Below are positions 25,757 through 35,213 of a DNA stretch of 51,845 nucleotides, in pieces. The stretch covers positions 1 to 51,845 of IMG/VR virus record IMGVR_UViG_3300035670_000294. One strand, 5' to 3'. This stretch comes from a virus (taxonomy: Duplodnaviria > Caudoviricetes). Position 1 is the first letter of the stretch. Each line of letters starts with the position of its first letter. Both the position numbers and the translations under genes were made by a program. The notes under the pieces were generated by a model. That model did no database searches and was not told where the DNA came from. It saw only the letters and a list, made by a program, of their open reading frames with translations.

Positions 25757-28024
25757 TTATATAATTACAAAAGTTTCCAGTAAGGTTGTATTTAATTTAT
25801 ATTTTCTTATATCCCCCGACTTTGAAACTTGCTCAATCTTTATCCCCCAGTTAATCAGTACATCGGATAACGCGTCTACATTACTCACAATATATTTAGC
25901 TTGTATCTTTTTCAAAAACTTAGATTGTTTCTCAATGATTAACTTGCCAAGCTTCTTAGATTTAGGGAAGCCATTGACATTATAATTAGTCCCGTGAGAT
26001 TTATTCCAACGCGTTATTTCCTTCGTCTTAACCAAATCAAATTCATATTTATAAACTGTCATTATAGTAGCGTTATTTCCACCGGCAATTTCTTTGGCAT
26101 AGTCCAGAGCCAAGGAAGACAAGCCTCCGGTTTTACTGAGTATCTCTTTATAAGTACTTGTCTTTAAGAACTTCTCATTCCATCTTAATCCAAAGTCTTT
26201 TCCTGTGGCTAATGACAGATTCTGAATTAAAGAGTCTGTAAGGTCAAGCTTTGTAAATTCCCGGTCTTTAAACTCTTTGAGTACATTCTTGACTAGAACT
26301 TTCTCCAATAGCATTGAAGAAGGGTTTAGACTAACGCCCTTCAATTCGTTATCAATTTTTTCATTTACATATAATTCATTATCGGGAGTAGTGAAAGCCA
26401 ATATACGATTGGCTATTTTATTTATATGATTGCTATTCACTGTGAAATCGTACACTGCATTAATCTTGTCTTGTCTATCTAGAGAAGTATAATCAATATT
26501 AAGCTTCTCGGACAATTCAAACTTAGCCATGAGACTTTCTTCCTCTTTGGTTAAGTCTCTTTCACTTCTTTCTATTTTTAAATTCTCATAGACTTCCTTG
26601 TCTATAAGTTCAATCTTCTTTAGTCTTTCTTTTTTTTCTTCTTTGGTCTCAATCACCCCGGCAGGGGGTTTGAATCTGTCGGTTTGTTTATCAACGTGAT
26701 TAACAAAGTACCATTGAAGACCGTCTTCCTGTTTAAAAGAAGAATAGTAACTTATAATATAATTAGCAACACCCGTCTTCCGATTGATTTCATATAACGC
26801 TCTATTCTCAGCTATGTAGGTTTTAAAAGGTTTGTAATCCTCGCGGGTTTCCCATATCCCTTCTTTACTGATTATAGCAGGGAATAGCATATTGAGAGCT
26901 CTTTCCCGTCTATTAGTTTCTTCTAATATACTCTCAGTAGTTTTTTTTATAGATAGTATTTCATCTTCTCTTTGAGAATAGATATGTAAAGGAATTGAAT
27001 AGTCTCTCTCCCTGTGGATTGCTTGAATATATAATCTATAATCTTTAATAGCCTTATTCATAGCTATTAGTATGACGTGAGTAAAATGACGTGTTGATAT
27101 ATTCAACCCGACAAACCCGGTTGGGCTTATTGCCAAGATTCGAGGTTTATTATCTTGGACTAATTTGTCGATTGTTTGAGCGGAGAGTAAAGACTCCCTT
27201 GTATCTCTACAAAGGTTTATCTTTTCAGAGTCATTGAGATAGTCAAGCATAGATAAAATAACGTTGGATTCTTTAACCACGTCGCATAAGACAAGGACAT
27301 TCTCTGAGGGATTCTTTAAGAGGCTCTTAATCTTTTCTTGTACTGTCCCCAAAGAATTATAATTGTATATCTCTCTCCGTGGTGGCATATAATTACGATT
27401 TGATATTACAGATATTTCGTCTTTTCTTCCTACTAAATCACAGATTAAATTATAATCACTTTCATTGAGTAGGGCATCAAAGACCTCTACTTTATGATGT
27501 GTAAAGATTCTTTTCAATGCCTGAAGCATTCTATCCCTGCGGGAATTATTGATTGAAGAAAAGCATTGGTTCAAGATTGTACTAAATTCATCAAAGATAA
27601 ATATTGTATCTCGATGTAATTGGAAGTCTATGTGAATCATTGATTCAAGTGTCGTATTAATGCAGCCTGAATAATTTCCAAGTTGTTTTAATTTATTTAG
27701 ATATAGGTGAGACTTCATGGGAATATTTTCTTTCTGGAATCTATTCGACACGTCATTTATTAAAGACCGTGTTGGGTTCACTATTATAATATTCTGCTTT
27801 GTTTCTTTATAGTGATTGATTGCTTTTTGAGTTTTCCCTGAACCAAAGAATTCAACGTTGATTCCTACCCTTGTTTCCGACAGACTATACTGCCCCGTGT
27901 ACTTTTCATCAGTACAATAATAATTTCTTTTTGGGGTGTTTGTTTCAAGGAATGAAGACTCAAAAGGATTCTCTTTATTTTGGTAGGTTTCAAAATTTAT
28001 ATTATTTATGATTTCTTGGTACAT
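25757..28024 (-). CDS. SF2 helicase, origin-binding protein type (herpes UL9 / Herpes_ori_bp-like)
   Basis: FGSGKT (I), PTRSL (Ia), TLESM, FDEFSTIL (II), DALL (III), SPTGFVGLNI (V), QAIHRER (VI); long C-terminal region. Confidence 0.8.
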   Translation of the reverse strand: MYQEIINNINFETYQNKENPFESSFLETNTPKRNYYCTDEKYTGQYSLSETRVGINVEFFGSGKTQKAINHYKETKQNIIIVNPTRSLINDVSNRFQKENIPMKSHLYLNKLKQLGNYSGCINTTLESMIHIDFQLHRDTIFIFDEFSTILNQCFSSINNSRRDRMLQALKRIFTHHKVEVFDALLNESDYNLICDLVGRKDEISVISNRNYMPPRREIYNYNSLGTVQEKIKSLLKNPSENVLVLCDVVKESNVILSMLDYLNDSEKINLCRDTRESLLSAQTIDKLVQDNKPRILAISPTGFVGLNISTRHFTHVILIAMNKAIKDYRLYIQAIHRERDYSIPLHIYSQREDEILSIKKTTESILEETNRRERALNMLFPAIISKEGIWETREDYKPFKTYIAENRALYEINRKTGVANYIISYYSSFKQEDGLQWYFVNHVDKQTDRFKPPAGVIETKEEKKERLKKIELIDKEVYENLKIERSERDLTKEEESLMAKFELSEKLNIDYTSLDRQDKINAVYDFTVNSNHINKIANRILAFTTPDNELYVNEKIDNELKGVSLNPSSMLLEKVLVKNVLKEFKDREFTKLDLTDSLIQNLSLATGKDFGLRWNEKFLKTSTYKEILSKTGGLSSLALDYAKEIAGGNNATIMTVYKYEFDLVKTKEITRWNKSHGTNYNVNGFPKSKKLGKLIIEKQSKFLKKIQAKYIVSNVDALSDVLINWGIKIEQVSKSGDIRKYKLNTTLLETFVII

Positions 28025-28121
28025 GGATTCTTACCTTCTCTATGCTTTGTTATATCGGATAGATTTAAATAAAGGTCAAGGCAATTTTTATTGACCTTCA
28101 ATTAATCTTTTTTGCAAATAT

Positions 28122-28165
28122 AAAAAAAGGGATATAGTCGAGTCAACCTTGTCTATATCCCTTTT
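28122..28165 (-). terminator. Rho-independent terminator
   Basis: AAAAGGGATATAG..CTATATCCCTTTT stem. Confidence 0.8.
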
Positions 28166-28188
28166 GATTCATTTACAAAATTTGTGTA

Positions 28189-28428
28189 CTAGCTGAATAA
28201 CTTTTCTGCTTGCTCAGAAAATATAAAATGGAATTTGCTTAACATTTGGCAATTCCCATCATCATCAACAAGTTCATTCAAGATATTGGTTGCCACATCA
28301 TTATTAACAGCATCATAATTATATGACATTTGTACTCCGTAAATTGGACAGGCTTTATCTCCAAGCTTGCATCGGCTGCACTGGTCGTCTAAAACTATTC
28401 CCTCAGTTCCATTAGAAAAATATGCCAT
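28189..28428 (-). CDS. Small Cys-containing phage protein
   Basis: MAYFSNGTEG...CSRC...CP. Confidence 0.7.
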   Translation of the reverse strand: MAYFSNGTEGIVLDDQCSRCKLGDKACPIYGVQMSYNYDAVNNDVATNILNELVDDDGNCQMLSKFHFIFSEQAEKLFS

Positions 28429-28736
28429 TATTTTTTCTCCATTACCACAGGTTTAGTATCGAAGTAAGGACTATTCAAGAAATCAATACAAGCCTCGTGG
28501 GGGGTCTCATATCCTTGCTTTCCCTTAAGGTCTTCAATTTCCCATCGGAAACCTTTTTTGGTAAGTTTGACTTTGCATAATGAAAAGCTTACGTTACCTG
28601 TTCTCAAATACTTTTTGTAATATTTATCATTGAGGAAGACAAGGTCGCCTCTCATAACGAATTGATGATTGGTTGTTTGTTTAGCTGGCTTGTTAGTAGC
28701 AGCTTTCTTTTTTGTAGTTGGTTTTTGTGTACTCAT
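28428..28736 (-). CDS. Hypothetical basic protein
   Basis: GAGG SD; TAATG-coupled to the next gene. Confidence 0.7.
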   Translation of the reverse strand: MSTQKPTTKKKAATNKPAKQTTNHQFVMRGDLVFLNDKYYKKYLRTGNVSFSLCKVKLTKKGFRWEIEDLKGKQGYETPHEACIDFLNSPYFDTKPVVMEKK

Positions 28737-28816
28737 TTGTTTTACCTCTTTAGTTTTTTAATTTTAGTTTGAAAAGGGGCGTCATTTGTCACCCCTTAAA
28801 TTTACTTGACGATTAT

Positions 28817-29506
28817 TTAAAACACGTCATCTTCTTCAGGGTTTATCCCTGAGCCATTCCCACCGTCGGCAGTTTGACGTGGGTTTATTTTTTCAACGAT
28901 AGAAATAATTTCGGACAGAATCTTCTCGTGAAATTCTAAATAGTTTGTTTTGTCCCATTCGTCTTTCCCGTTGAATTTTACTTTCTTCCATTCTGTATTT
29001 TCAGAAGCAGGAATGGGTTTTTTTGCAGAATAAAATCCCATGATAGACTCCCCCCCAAAATACAAATTCATGTACTGATTCTTCTTGCCATTCTTTTCAA
29101 AGTATGAAGGGGTTAGTCTCATGATATGCCGTGGGTTTGTTTGATAAGTGTGGTTATTGATGATAGTGAAAAGACGGTTAATCAAGTCTATATAATATCT
29201 TGAATCTTTTTTCAATTCAAGCTTTAAATAGTTTGCCCCATCTTTCAAGGTTATAATAAGCTTCTTTAGTACTTGGTTTGTATTTTCGATTTTAAACTCA
29301 GTGAGTTTCAAACCTACTAAGACTCCTTCAATGCCCCCCTTACAAACCACTACTTCTTTTTTTAGAATCTCTTTAGTCTGAGGATTCATTACTTCAATAA
29401 TTGTAATTTGTTCTGAATCGTCTTTAGGTGCTCTTACAATTTGATTTTCTAAGATTCTGTAAAATAGGCTGTGTGTATTGCTATTAGCGTTTAATATCTC
29501 GCCCAT
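28817..29506 (-). CDS. Putative single-stranded DNA-binding protein
   Basis: Flexible acidic tail ending EEDDVF; near the helicase. Confidence 0.5.
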   Translation of the reverse strand: MGEILNANSNTHSLFYRILENQIVRAPKDDSEQITIIEVMNPQTKEILKKEVVVCKGGIEGVLVGLKLTEFKIENTNQVLKKLIITLKDGANYLKLELKKDSRYYIDLINRLFTIINNHTYQTNPRHIMRLTPSYFEKNGKKNQYMNLYFGGESIMGFYSAKKPIPASENTEWKKVKFNGKDEWDKTNYLEFHEKILSEIISIVEKINPRQTADGGNGSGINPEEDDVF

Positions 29507-29739
29507 AATTTTATACTTCCTTTTGTTTAATTATAAATTTGTTTAGTAATATTGTATTTACATTTTCGCATTTCTTTTTAAATTACTTTAGTATTATTTT
29601 CGGGTCTTATCAATTAACTCCTTAAATTTAAAAAATTCAAATTCCTTGAGGAGACAGTCCTTGCACATCCCCTTTTGGAAAACCTTGTACCAATAAAAAC
29701 TTTGCCCGCAGGCAGTGCATGTCCTTCTCTCTATAGGAT

Positions 29740-30126
29740 TCATAAAAACCTCTCGCAATAGAAGGCTGTCGAATGGGCTTTATATCTATGTAGTATCATA
29801 GTCTTTACATCTTCTTCCATTCCTTCAACCATGTCCAATAATAACAAGGTAATAAAGAAGGGTCTAATAGAGTTGGAAACTTCCCGCTCCTCGACAAGCC
29901 ATGTACCCATTAGACCATTTTCATAAATAGCCACTTCCCATGTACCCGATGGGTCATGCCAAAACTCTGCACCATTCTCATTAGTTTCAAACAATGTCCA
30001 TGTCTCTTTAATTTTTTTTAAGACTCTAATATTATTTGAATGAAATTCCCTGAGAGTATGACCCCCGCATTTTACCGGGACGATTCCACGAAATTCTGCT
30101 ATATATTCTTTTTCTGTTGTACTCAC
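29740..30126 (-). CDS. Hypothetical protein (GTG start 30126)
   Basis: TAA-C-GTG junction with GGAG SD. Confidence 0.65.
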   Translation of the reverse strand: MSTTEKEYIAEFRGIVPVKCGGHTLREFHSNNIRVLKKIKETWTLFETNENGAEFWHDPSGTWEVAIYENGLMGTWLVEEREVSNSIRPFFITLLLLDMVEGMEEDVKTMILHRYKAHSTAFYCERFL

Positions 30127-30127
30127 G

Positions 30128-30733
30128 TTATTTCTCTCCTGCATTAATAATTTCTTGATGATATTCTTCATCAAGGTAATATTCTTTTATTAATCTAATG
30201 GCGTCTTCAATTCTTTCAAGTGTCGCATTATACTTATTGTAATATAGATTATATAAGTCAGTGTAAACCTTACCAAAATGAAATTCCGGTTTTTCAGAAT
30301 ATATTTTTGAAGTCCTTTCCCATCCATCCCCTATGTCAATCAACTTGAAAAACCTTGCACCGTCAAACCCTAAGCTTCTTTGAATAGGGGTTAGTTTTTC
30401 AAGAGCGTCATTTTCCTCTTGCGACATGTCCCGATAAATAACGTCTCCCTCGTGCCAATACTGCTGACGGGTTGTATAGAACATTTTATCACCTTCTTTC
30501 AAGAAAAGTATTTTACTGGCTCTTCTATATATCATCGGTTCTGTTTGTTCTAAACTATGGCATACAAAGCCTGTCGATGTTTTAACGATTTTAGAACGTG
30601 GAATGATTTCGACTTTAGTTTTACTATTGTCAAATCTCGAAACAAGGTTGGTTTCAAATCGATTATTATAAATGTAGAAATGCTCCCATTGAGAAGTTTC
30701 TACACAAATTTTTATTTGTTCTGTTGTACTCAT
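30128..30733 (-). CDS. Hypothetical protein
   Basis: 201 aa with GAGG SD. Confidence 0.7.
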   Translation of the reverse strand: MSTTEQIKICVETSQWEHFYIYNNRFETNLVSRFDNSKTKVEIIPRSKIVKTSTGFVCHSLEQTEPMIYRRASKILFLKEGDKMFYTTRQQYWHEGDVIYRDMSQEENDALEKLTPIQRSLGFDGARFFKLIDIGDGWERTSKIYSEKPEFHFGKVYTDLYNLYYNKYNATLERIEDAIRLIKEYYLDEEYHQEIINAGEK

Positions 30734-30762
30734 TTGTTAATCCTCTTTAAATTTATTTTAAT

Positions 30763-30816
30763 TCAACCCCCTAATTTTTTTAAAGTGGTCGGGGTGTCCA
30801 CTGCCGAAACCCGGCA
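30763..30816 (-). repeat. 42-bp intergenic repeat plus hairpin, copy 1
   Basis: 30763..30804 is identical to 33128..33169. Confidence 0.9.
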
Positions 30817-30828
30817 CGTTATTTTCTT

Positions 30829-31056
30829 TTAGAGCCTACCCTCCTTGACAAGCTCTAAAAGGGGTTTGCAATATTCGTCCTTACCTTTCCCTTGCTCACA
30901 ATCATCAAGGGTAGGGTACACAAAGTCTTTTTTGACGACAGTCTCAAACCCTCCTTTCCCTGCTGTGACTTTTAAGCGAAGGTAATTTCTAATCTCTGAA
31001 TCTGAATGCAGGGTCAATGACAACCCTGCTAATAATACTATTGATAATTTTCTCAC
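30829..31056 (-). CDS. Small secreted protein
   Basis: Signal-peptide-like N-terminus. Confidence 0.6.
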   Translation of the reverse strand: MRKLSIVLLAGLSLTLHSDSEIRNYLRLKVTAGKGGFETVVKKDFVYPTLDDCEQGKGKDEYCKPLLELVKEGRL

Positions 31057-31072
31057 GTTATTTCTCGCCTAT

Positions 31073-31366
31073 TTATATAATATACCCTTCAAAAGAAGGG
31101 ACAATAAAATTTTCTACTTTATCCCATCCCTCAGGGGGTGCTTCAATTGTAGTTTCTGAGTAAATATATTTATGATACATTGAGGTTAAACTCGCATTTA
31201 TCTCAGTTATGTAAATCGTCTCAATGTCGATATTGTACTCTTTGGAATATTCCAGAGCTATCTCATGAGCCTTGGAAATATTAATAGTGTGAATCATCCC
31301 ACCGAGATAGCCAATTAACCAATATATTCTTTTTGTTTTTTGGCAATATATTTTTTGTATTGTCAT
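31073..31366 (-). CDS. Hypothetical protein
   Basis: ORF with SD. Confidence 0.65.
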   Translation of the reverse strand: MTIQKIYCQKTKRIYWLIGYLGGMIHTINISKAHEIALEYSKEYNIDIETIYITEINASLTSMYHKYIYSETTIEAPPEGWDKVENFIVPSFEGYII

Positions 31367-31378
31367 TGTACTCCCTTC

Positions 31379-31897
31379 TTATTTTATTTGTAGATTTAAA
31401 TTTTGGACTAATGAAGCCCCGGGAATTTCAACCCCTTCTTTAATCATCTTTTTTATTGATACCTTGTCTGCTTCCCGTGTCGTCTTTACCCGTACGTACT
31501 CTGATGGAAGCTGGTCAACGTCAGGGGCGTCTACAGACTCCGACATCATCCAATAGAGTTTAGTTTCTCCATCGGTAATGGCAGTCTTTGAAGACAAATG
31601 ACGTGGCACGTTATTTTCGAGAATGCCCTCAAGCCAAGCGTTATAATTCTCAAGGGATTCTATTTTAGATTTCTGGGTTTCTATTCTCTCTTTAATGCCC
31701 TTGATTAAATGCTTGTTATTCTTAATCTTGTTAGCAATTGCTAATAGACTTTCTTCTTTGGTAAGCTCAAGACTTTCAATCCGTGCGAGGATGTCCTCTG
31801 GGTAGTTTAACTCCCCTGTCTCTTCATTGACCGACTCATACTGCTCTAGCAGTGATTCTATTTGGGAGTTTAACTCCCACACTTTAATTTGTTTCAT
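31379..31897 (-). CDS. Siphovirus Gp157-family protein
   Basis: LPSEY...DKVSIKKMIKEGVEIPGASLVQNLNLQIK C-terminus. Confidence 0.85.
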   Translation of the reverse strand: MKQIKVWELNSQIESLLEQYESVNEETGELNYPEDILARIESLELTKEESLLAIANKIKNNKHLIKGIKERIETQKSKIESLENYNAWLEGILENNVPRHLSSKTAITDGETKLYWMMSESVDAPDVDQLPSEYVRVKTTREADKVSIKKMIKEGVEIPGASLVQNLNLQIK

Positions 31898-31908
31898 GAT
31901 TTATCTCC

Positions 31909-32223
31909 TTATAATAAGTAATTCTGAGTTATAAAATTTTTGGGGTTGCAATCCCCAGATAAAAACAGATTTATCTTGTACCCCCAAATTGGGTGGTTAG
32001 CCCAATACGGCATGTCTTCCCTAAATAGATTGTGGACTATAATGTAGACTAAACCGATATTCAATAAACTCGCAAATGAATCAAACAAGGGAATCATATC
32101 ATCATGATTCCAGCCCATGTCTTTCAGCTCCGTGATTGTAAACATAACCGAATTATTTCTGTCGTACAGTTCATAAAATCGATTTTCCCATATTGTCATT
32201 TCCGACATTCTGCTTACCAACAT
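31909..32223 (-). CDS. Hypothetical protein
   Basis: GAGGAG SD. Confidence 0.65.
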   Translation of the reverse strand: MLVSRMSEMTIWENRFYELYDRNNSVMFTITELKDMGWNHDDMIPLFDSFASLLNIGLVYIIVHNLFREDMPYWANHPIWGYKINLFLSGDCNPKNFITQNYLL

Positions 32224-32289
32224 CTTTATCTCCTCTTAATTGTACCCTTCCTATAATTTCCCGCAGGGAAGGGTGGCTGCGGGTTCGAT

Positions 32290-32595
32290 TTACAAATTGT
32301 AATACTTGAGGTCAAGAATGTCCTCATGATTGATTACAATGCAATTTTCAAACTCTTCGATTGAGAGCCCTCTTTCTGAAGCATACACTGTAAAACCTTC
32401 GGAAAGAATTTGAAGTGATTGAATTTTATTGAGTAGGTTTCTCAATCCGTACTTTACTAATATGTCCTTCTCTATCAATATCGGTTTATCTACAATAGTA
32501 TTAACTACAAATTCTTGGAATCCCTCAAAAATTAACTCCTCTATATTTATCTCAGGAAGGGGCAAAACTTCATATTGTACTATTTGAGTTTTCAT
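32290..32595 (-). CDS. Hypothetical protein, paralogue of 32774..33094
   Basis: Shared MKTQI...NIE...DKP...GL..EE..NCIV. Confidence 0.7.
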   Translation of the reverse strand: MKTQIVQYEVLPLPEINIEELIFEGFQEFVVNTIVDKPILIEKDILVKYGLRNLLNKIQSLQILSEGFTVYASERGLSIEEFENCIVINHEDILDLKYYNL

Positions 32596-32777
32596 TTTGA
32601 CTCTCCTAAGTTTTTAATAATTTGTTTTTTTAAACGAGTAATTTCTTCTTCCCGTCTTTCTAACTCGACTAATATTTTAGTCAAAGTCATTGTTTTAAAT
32701 ATACTACAATTATGGTCTGAGTTATATTCGACCAAAACTTTCAAACTATCTATTGTAAATTCTTTCAAATCTTTCAT
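32592..32777 (-). CDS. Hypothetical protein
   Basis: ATGA-coupled on both sides. Confidence 0.65.
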   Translation of the reverse strand: MKDLKEFTIDSLKVLVEYNSDHNCSIFKTMTLTKILVELERREEEITRLKKQIIKNLGESK

Positions 32778-33094
32778 TTTGATTCTCCGTCAGTGATATA
32801 AAATTCTCTTTTGAGGAAGAAGCTTGAAACTACAATACAGTTTGTGCACTCTTCGACATAAAGCCCTTGACCCTCGAAATAAATTGACTCTTTAGTCAAG
32901 TCAACCAAGGAAGCTTGAATTTCTTTTATAAATTCTACAATTTCATCAAGCTTTAATTTTAGTCGAGTATCAACTAAAACCGGTTTATCAAGACCTTTAA
33001 TTTCATGCTTGTTAAATGCAAGCTTGATTATTACCTTCTCGATGTTCAATGTGAGTAAGGGATAATCGGGGTGACGTTCTATTTGTGTTTTCAT
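32774..33094 (-). CDS. Hypothetical protein, paralogue of 32290..32595
   Basis: Shared motifs with 32290..32595. Confidence 0.7.
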   Translation of the reverse strand: MKTQIERHPDYPLLTLNIEKVIIKLAFNKHEIKGLDKPVLVDTRLKLKLDEIVEFIKEIQASLVDLTKESIYFEGQGLYVEECTNCIVVSSFFLKREFYITDGESK

Positions 33095-33127
33095 CTCTTT
33101 TTACCTTCTTTAAATTTTCTTTGTTTG

Positions 33128-33186
33128 TCAACCCCCTAATTTTTTTAAAGTGGTCGGGGTGTCCACTGCAGGAAGACTCCTGCGGG
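33128..33186 (-). repeat. 42-bp intergenic repeat plus hairpin, copy 2
   Basis: Identical core with a different adjoining hairpin. Confidence 0.9.
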
Positions 33187-33438
33187 TTAGGCTTCCATTC
33201 CATGACAATTGAAGTATTTATTATATATTTGAGCTGAAGACATACCTTCAACCCATTCAAGAGGAATATTTTTTATTATACAGTCAGTGTCATAGTTTGA
33301 ATTCATTCTCTCTAGTGTAAGATATTTTCTGCCTTCGATTCTTCTATATTTCCAAACTCCGGAATTTCCACCACAGTTGAAAATTTCTACTTTGATTTTT
33401 CTTACTGATTTTTTAGTTTTTGTTTTTAAAGTTTTCAT
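33187..33438 (-). CDS. Hypothetical protein, first gene of the probable early operon
   Basis: SD and a strong promoter upstream. Confidence 0.7.
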   Translation of the reverse strand: MKTLKTKTKKSVRKIKVEIFNCGGNSGVWKYRRIEGRKYLTLERMNSNYDTDCIIKNIPLEWVEGMSSAQIYNKYFNCHGMEA

Positions 33439-33506
33439 TGTCTTTACCTTCTTAAAAGTTTTGTTCTATATTTATTATCGAGTCTTTGACTCTTTAATAT
33501 AAAGTA

Positions 33507-33562
33507 ATAATAATTCCTTTTTATTTATTGTCAACAACTTTTTTTGGTAGATTGCCAAAAAA
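33507..33562 (-). promoter_or_regulatory. Promoter TTGACA-N16-TATTAT with upstream dyad
   Basis: -35 at 33529..33534; dyad TTTTTGGTAGATTGCCAAAAA at 33541..33561. Confidence 0.8.
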
Positions 33563-33669
33563 TAATAAAAAAAGTAGGGTTTTTGGGGGGTGAAAATCTC
33601 TAAAAATTACTCTCAGATTCTGAAAAATTAGAGCAAGGGAATTTCAGCAAAATATCACTATTTTTTTAT

Positions 33670-33806
33670 GTAGTAAAAACTCATAGAATGCCTTGAAATG
33701 CCAGCACCGATTAGGTATACGACAGAGAATGCTTGTACTATAAAATATTTTTTGGACACTAGAGTTTATAAATCTCTATATATAGATAGTCTAGTGTCCA
33801 AATTTT
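33670..33806 (-). other. Dyad element copy 3, inverted (candidate origin)
   Basis: TTTGGACACTAG (33751) ... CTAGTGTCCAAA (33802); core and satellite (33681..33712) are reverse-complemented. Confidence 0.6.
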
Positions 33807-33839
33807 TGTAGATTTCTCCTGTAGAATCCCCTTGAAAAA

Positions 33840-34235
33840 CTATCCTTTTTTAATCAGTTTTACTAATTTTTCCCTGAGCCAATCCCGGGCGGCGGCATTT
33901 TGGTAGTGAGTTTTATTTATTCTGATTGTAAGAATCCCATGCTCAGCCAGCAGGTGTAAGTCTCTTTTATTCTCACTCTCTATTTTTTCCTGCGTGAAGT
34001 GGTTTGGGTGAGCGTCAATTTCAATTCCTATTTTGAGATTAACCAAATACAAATCAATCTCATAGCCATCAATTTTATAATTAGTTAGTACACGCCCGGC
34101 ATAAAAGCTTCTTAAAAAATAATAGAAGTTTTCTTCTTCCCTGCTCCTAAATAGTAAATGCTCCCGTTTAAATAACGTGTTTAGTACACTAATTAAACCC
34201 TCTCTAATGCTCTTCAAAAATGTCAATAGTCTCAT
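33840..34235 (-). CDS. DUF559 / Vsr-like PD-(D/E)xK endonuclease
   Basis: SREE...YEIDLY...IGIEID..H...RDLHL...GILTIRI. Confidence 0.75.
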   Translation of the reverse strand: MRLLTFLKSIREGLISVLNTLFKREHLLFRSREEENFYYFLRSFYAGRVLTNYKIDGYEIDLYLVNLKIGIEIDAHPNHFTQEKIESENKRDLHLLAEHGILTIRINKTHYQNAAARDWLREKLVKLIKKG

Positions 34236-34920
34236 ACTTATTACTTATCTCCGATTGTTTTAATTTGTCCTTAATGCTCCCATTCAGCGAGTTAATAACG
34301 TGGGGAACATTAATAATAAATATATCGGTAAAGTCATAGAGTATATTGAGATATTCAATTATAATGGGAATTACGTTAGGGGTTCTTTTTAATCCAAGTA
34401 CATGGTTTTCCAGTGATTGGAAAAACACGTCAACCCACACCAAGAATTTATTAGCGAAGGTTTTATCCATCAAACCGGCATTCACACAGGAAAGTATATT
34501 AGTTGTAAATGATAGTCTATCACTGACAATATGCTTATGAATCACGTCAACCACTTCTTTATTAGACTTCAATAAAGAATTATTGTACAAATCGTCTATA
34601 AGAAGCTTCTCCATTGTGATTTTACCATTAAACATATAGTGAAATATAATCCCCCCGTAATCTCGATAAGTAGGATTCTTGATATACTTCGTATGTCGAA
34701 TAACGTCTTTAGTCGTCTCTAAGAGTGCAAAGACTTTATTATTGTTTATATAATTCTGTAGGAAGTTTTTAATAAATCTGATTTCAAGTTTATTACTAAC
34801 CCAAATCAAAATTAGTACACTTCTATTTATTAGCAGGCTCTTAACCCACCATAGGAAGATTGTAGTGATTAATATCTCTAGAATATATCTTTGTAGAATG
34901 AATTGAAAGTAGTGATTCAC
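34204..34920 (-). CDS. Membrane-anchored hypothetical protein
   Basis: N-terminal TM segment. Confidence 0.6.
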   Translation of the reverse strand: MNHYFQFILQRYILEILITTIFLWWVKSLLINRSVLILIWVSNKLEIRFIKNFLQNYINNNKVFALLETTKDVIRHTKYIKNPTYRDYGGIIFHYMFNGKITMEKLLIDDLYNNSLLKSNKEVVDVIHKHIVSDRLSFTTNILSCVNAGLMDKTFANKFLVWVDVFFQSLENHVLGLKRTPNVIPIIIEYLNILYDFTDIFIINVPHVINSLNGSIKDKLKQSEISNKYETIDIFEEH

Positions 34921-35213
34921 AAATTTAACCTGCTCTTCATATACTCTATAAACAAGTACAATAACTCTCCTAAGATAATCAATATCTTATTTGCATGAAT
35001 TATTAAGATTGAGAATAGAAACATCAAAATCATAGAAACAATATAATAGGGAATTTCAGTAAGATAAAAATTCTCTATTCTATAAACCTTCAATTCTTTA
35101 CTAAAAGCTTCCTTGATAGTGATTGGTACATTGACGACTGTCATGAGTAACAGTACATAGAAATTAAAGAAAGCATTTTCTTTTTCAAATAGTTTTTTAA
35201 AAATATCTTTCAT
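34917..35213 (-). CDS. Small membrane protein (holin candidate)
   Basis: 2-3 TM helices in 98 aa, downstream of the fibre region. Confidence 0.4.
   Translation of the reverse strand: MKDIFKKLFEKENAFFNFYVLLLMTVVNVPITIKEAFSKELKVYRIENFYLTEIPYYIVSMILMFLFSILIIHANKILIILGELLYLFIEYMKSRLNL

Noticed and set aside
33751-33802. Protelomerase (hairpin telomere) site
   Set aside because: The core is asymmetric rather than a perfect palindrome, there are three copies, and no protelomerase or tyrosine recombinase was recognised.
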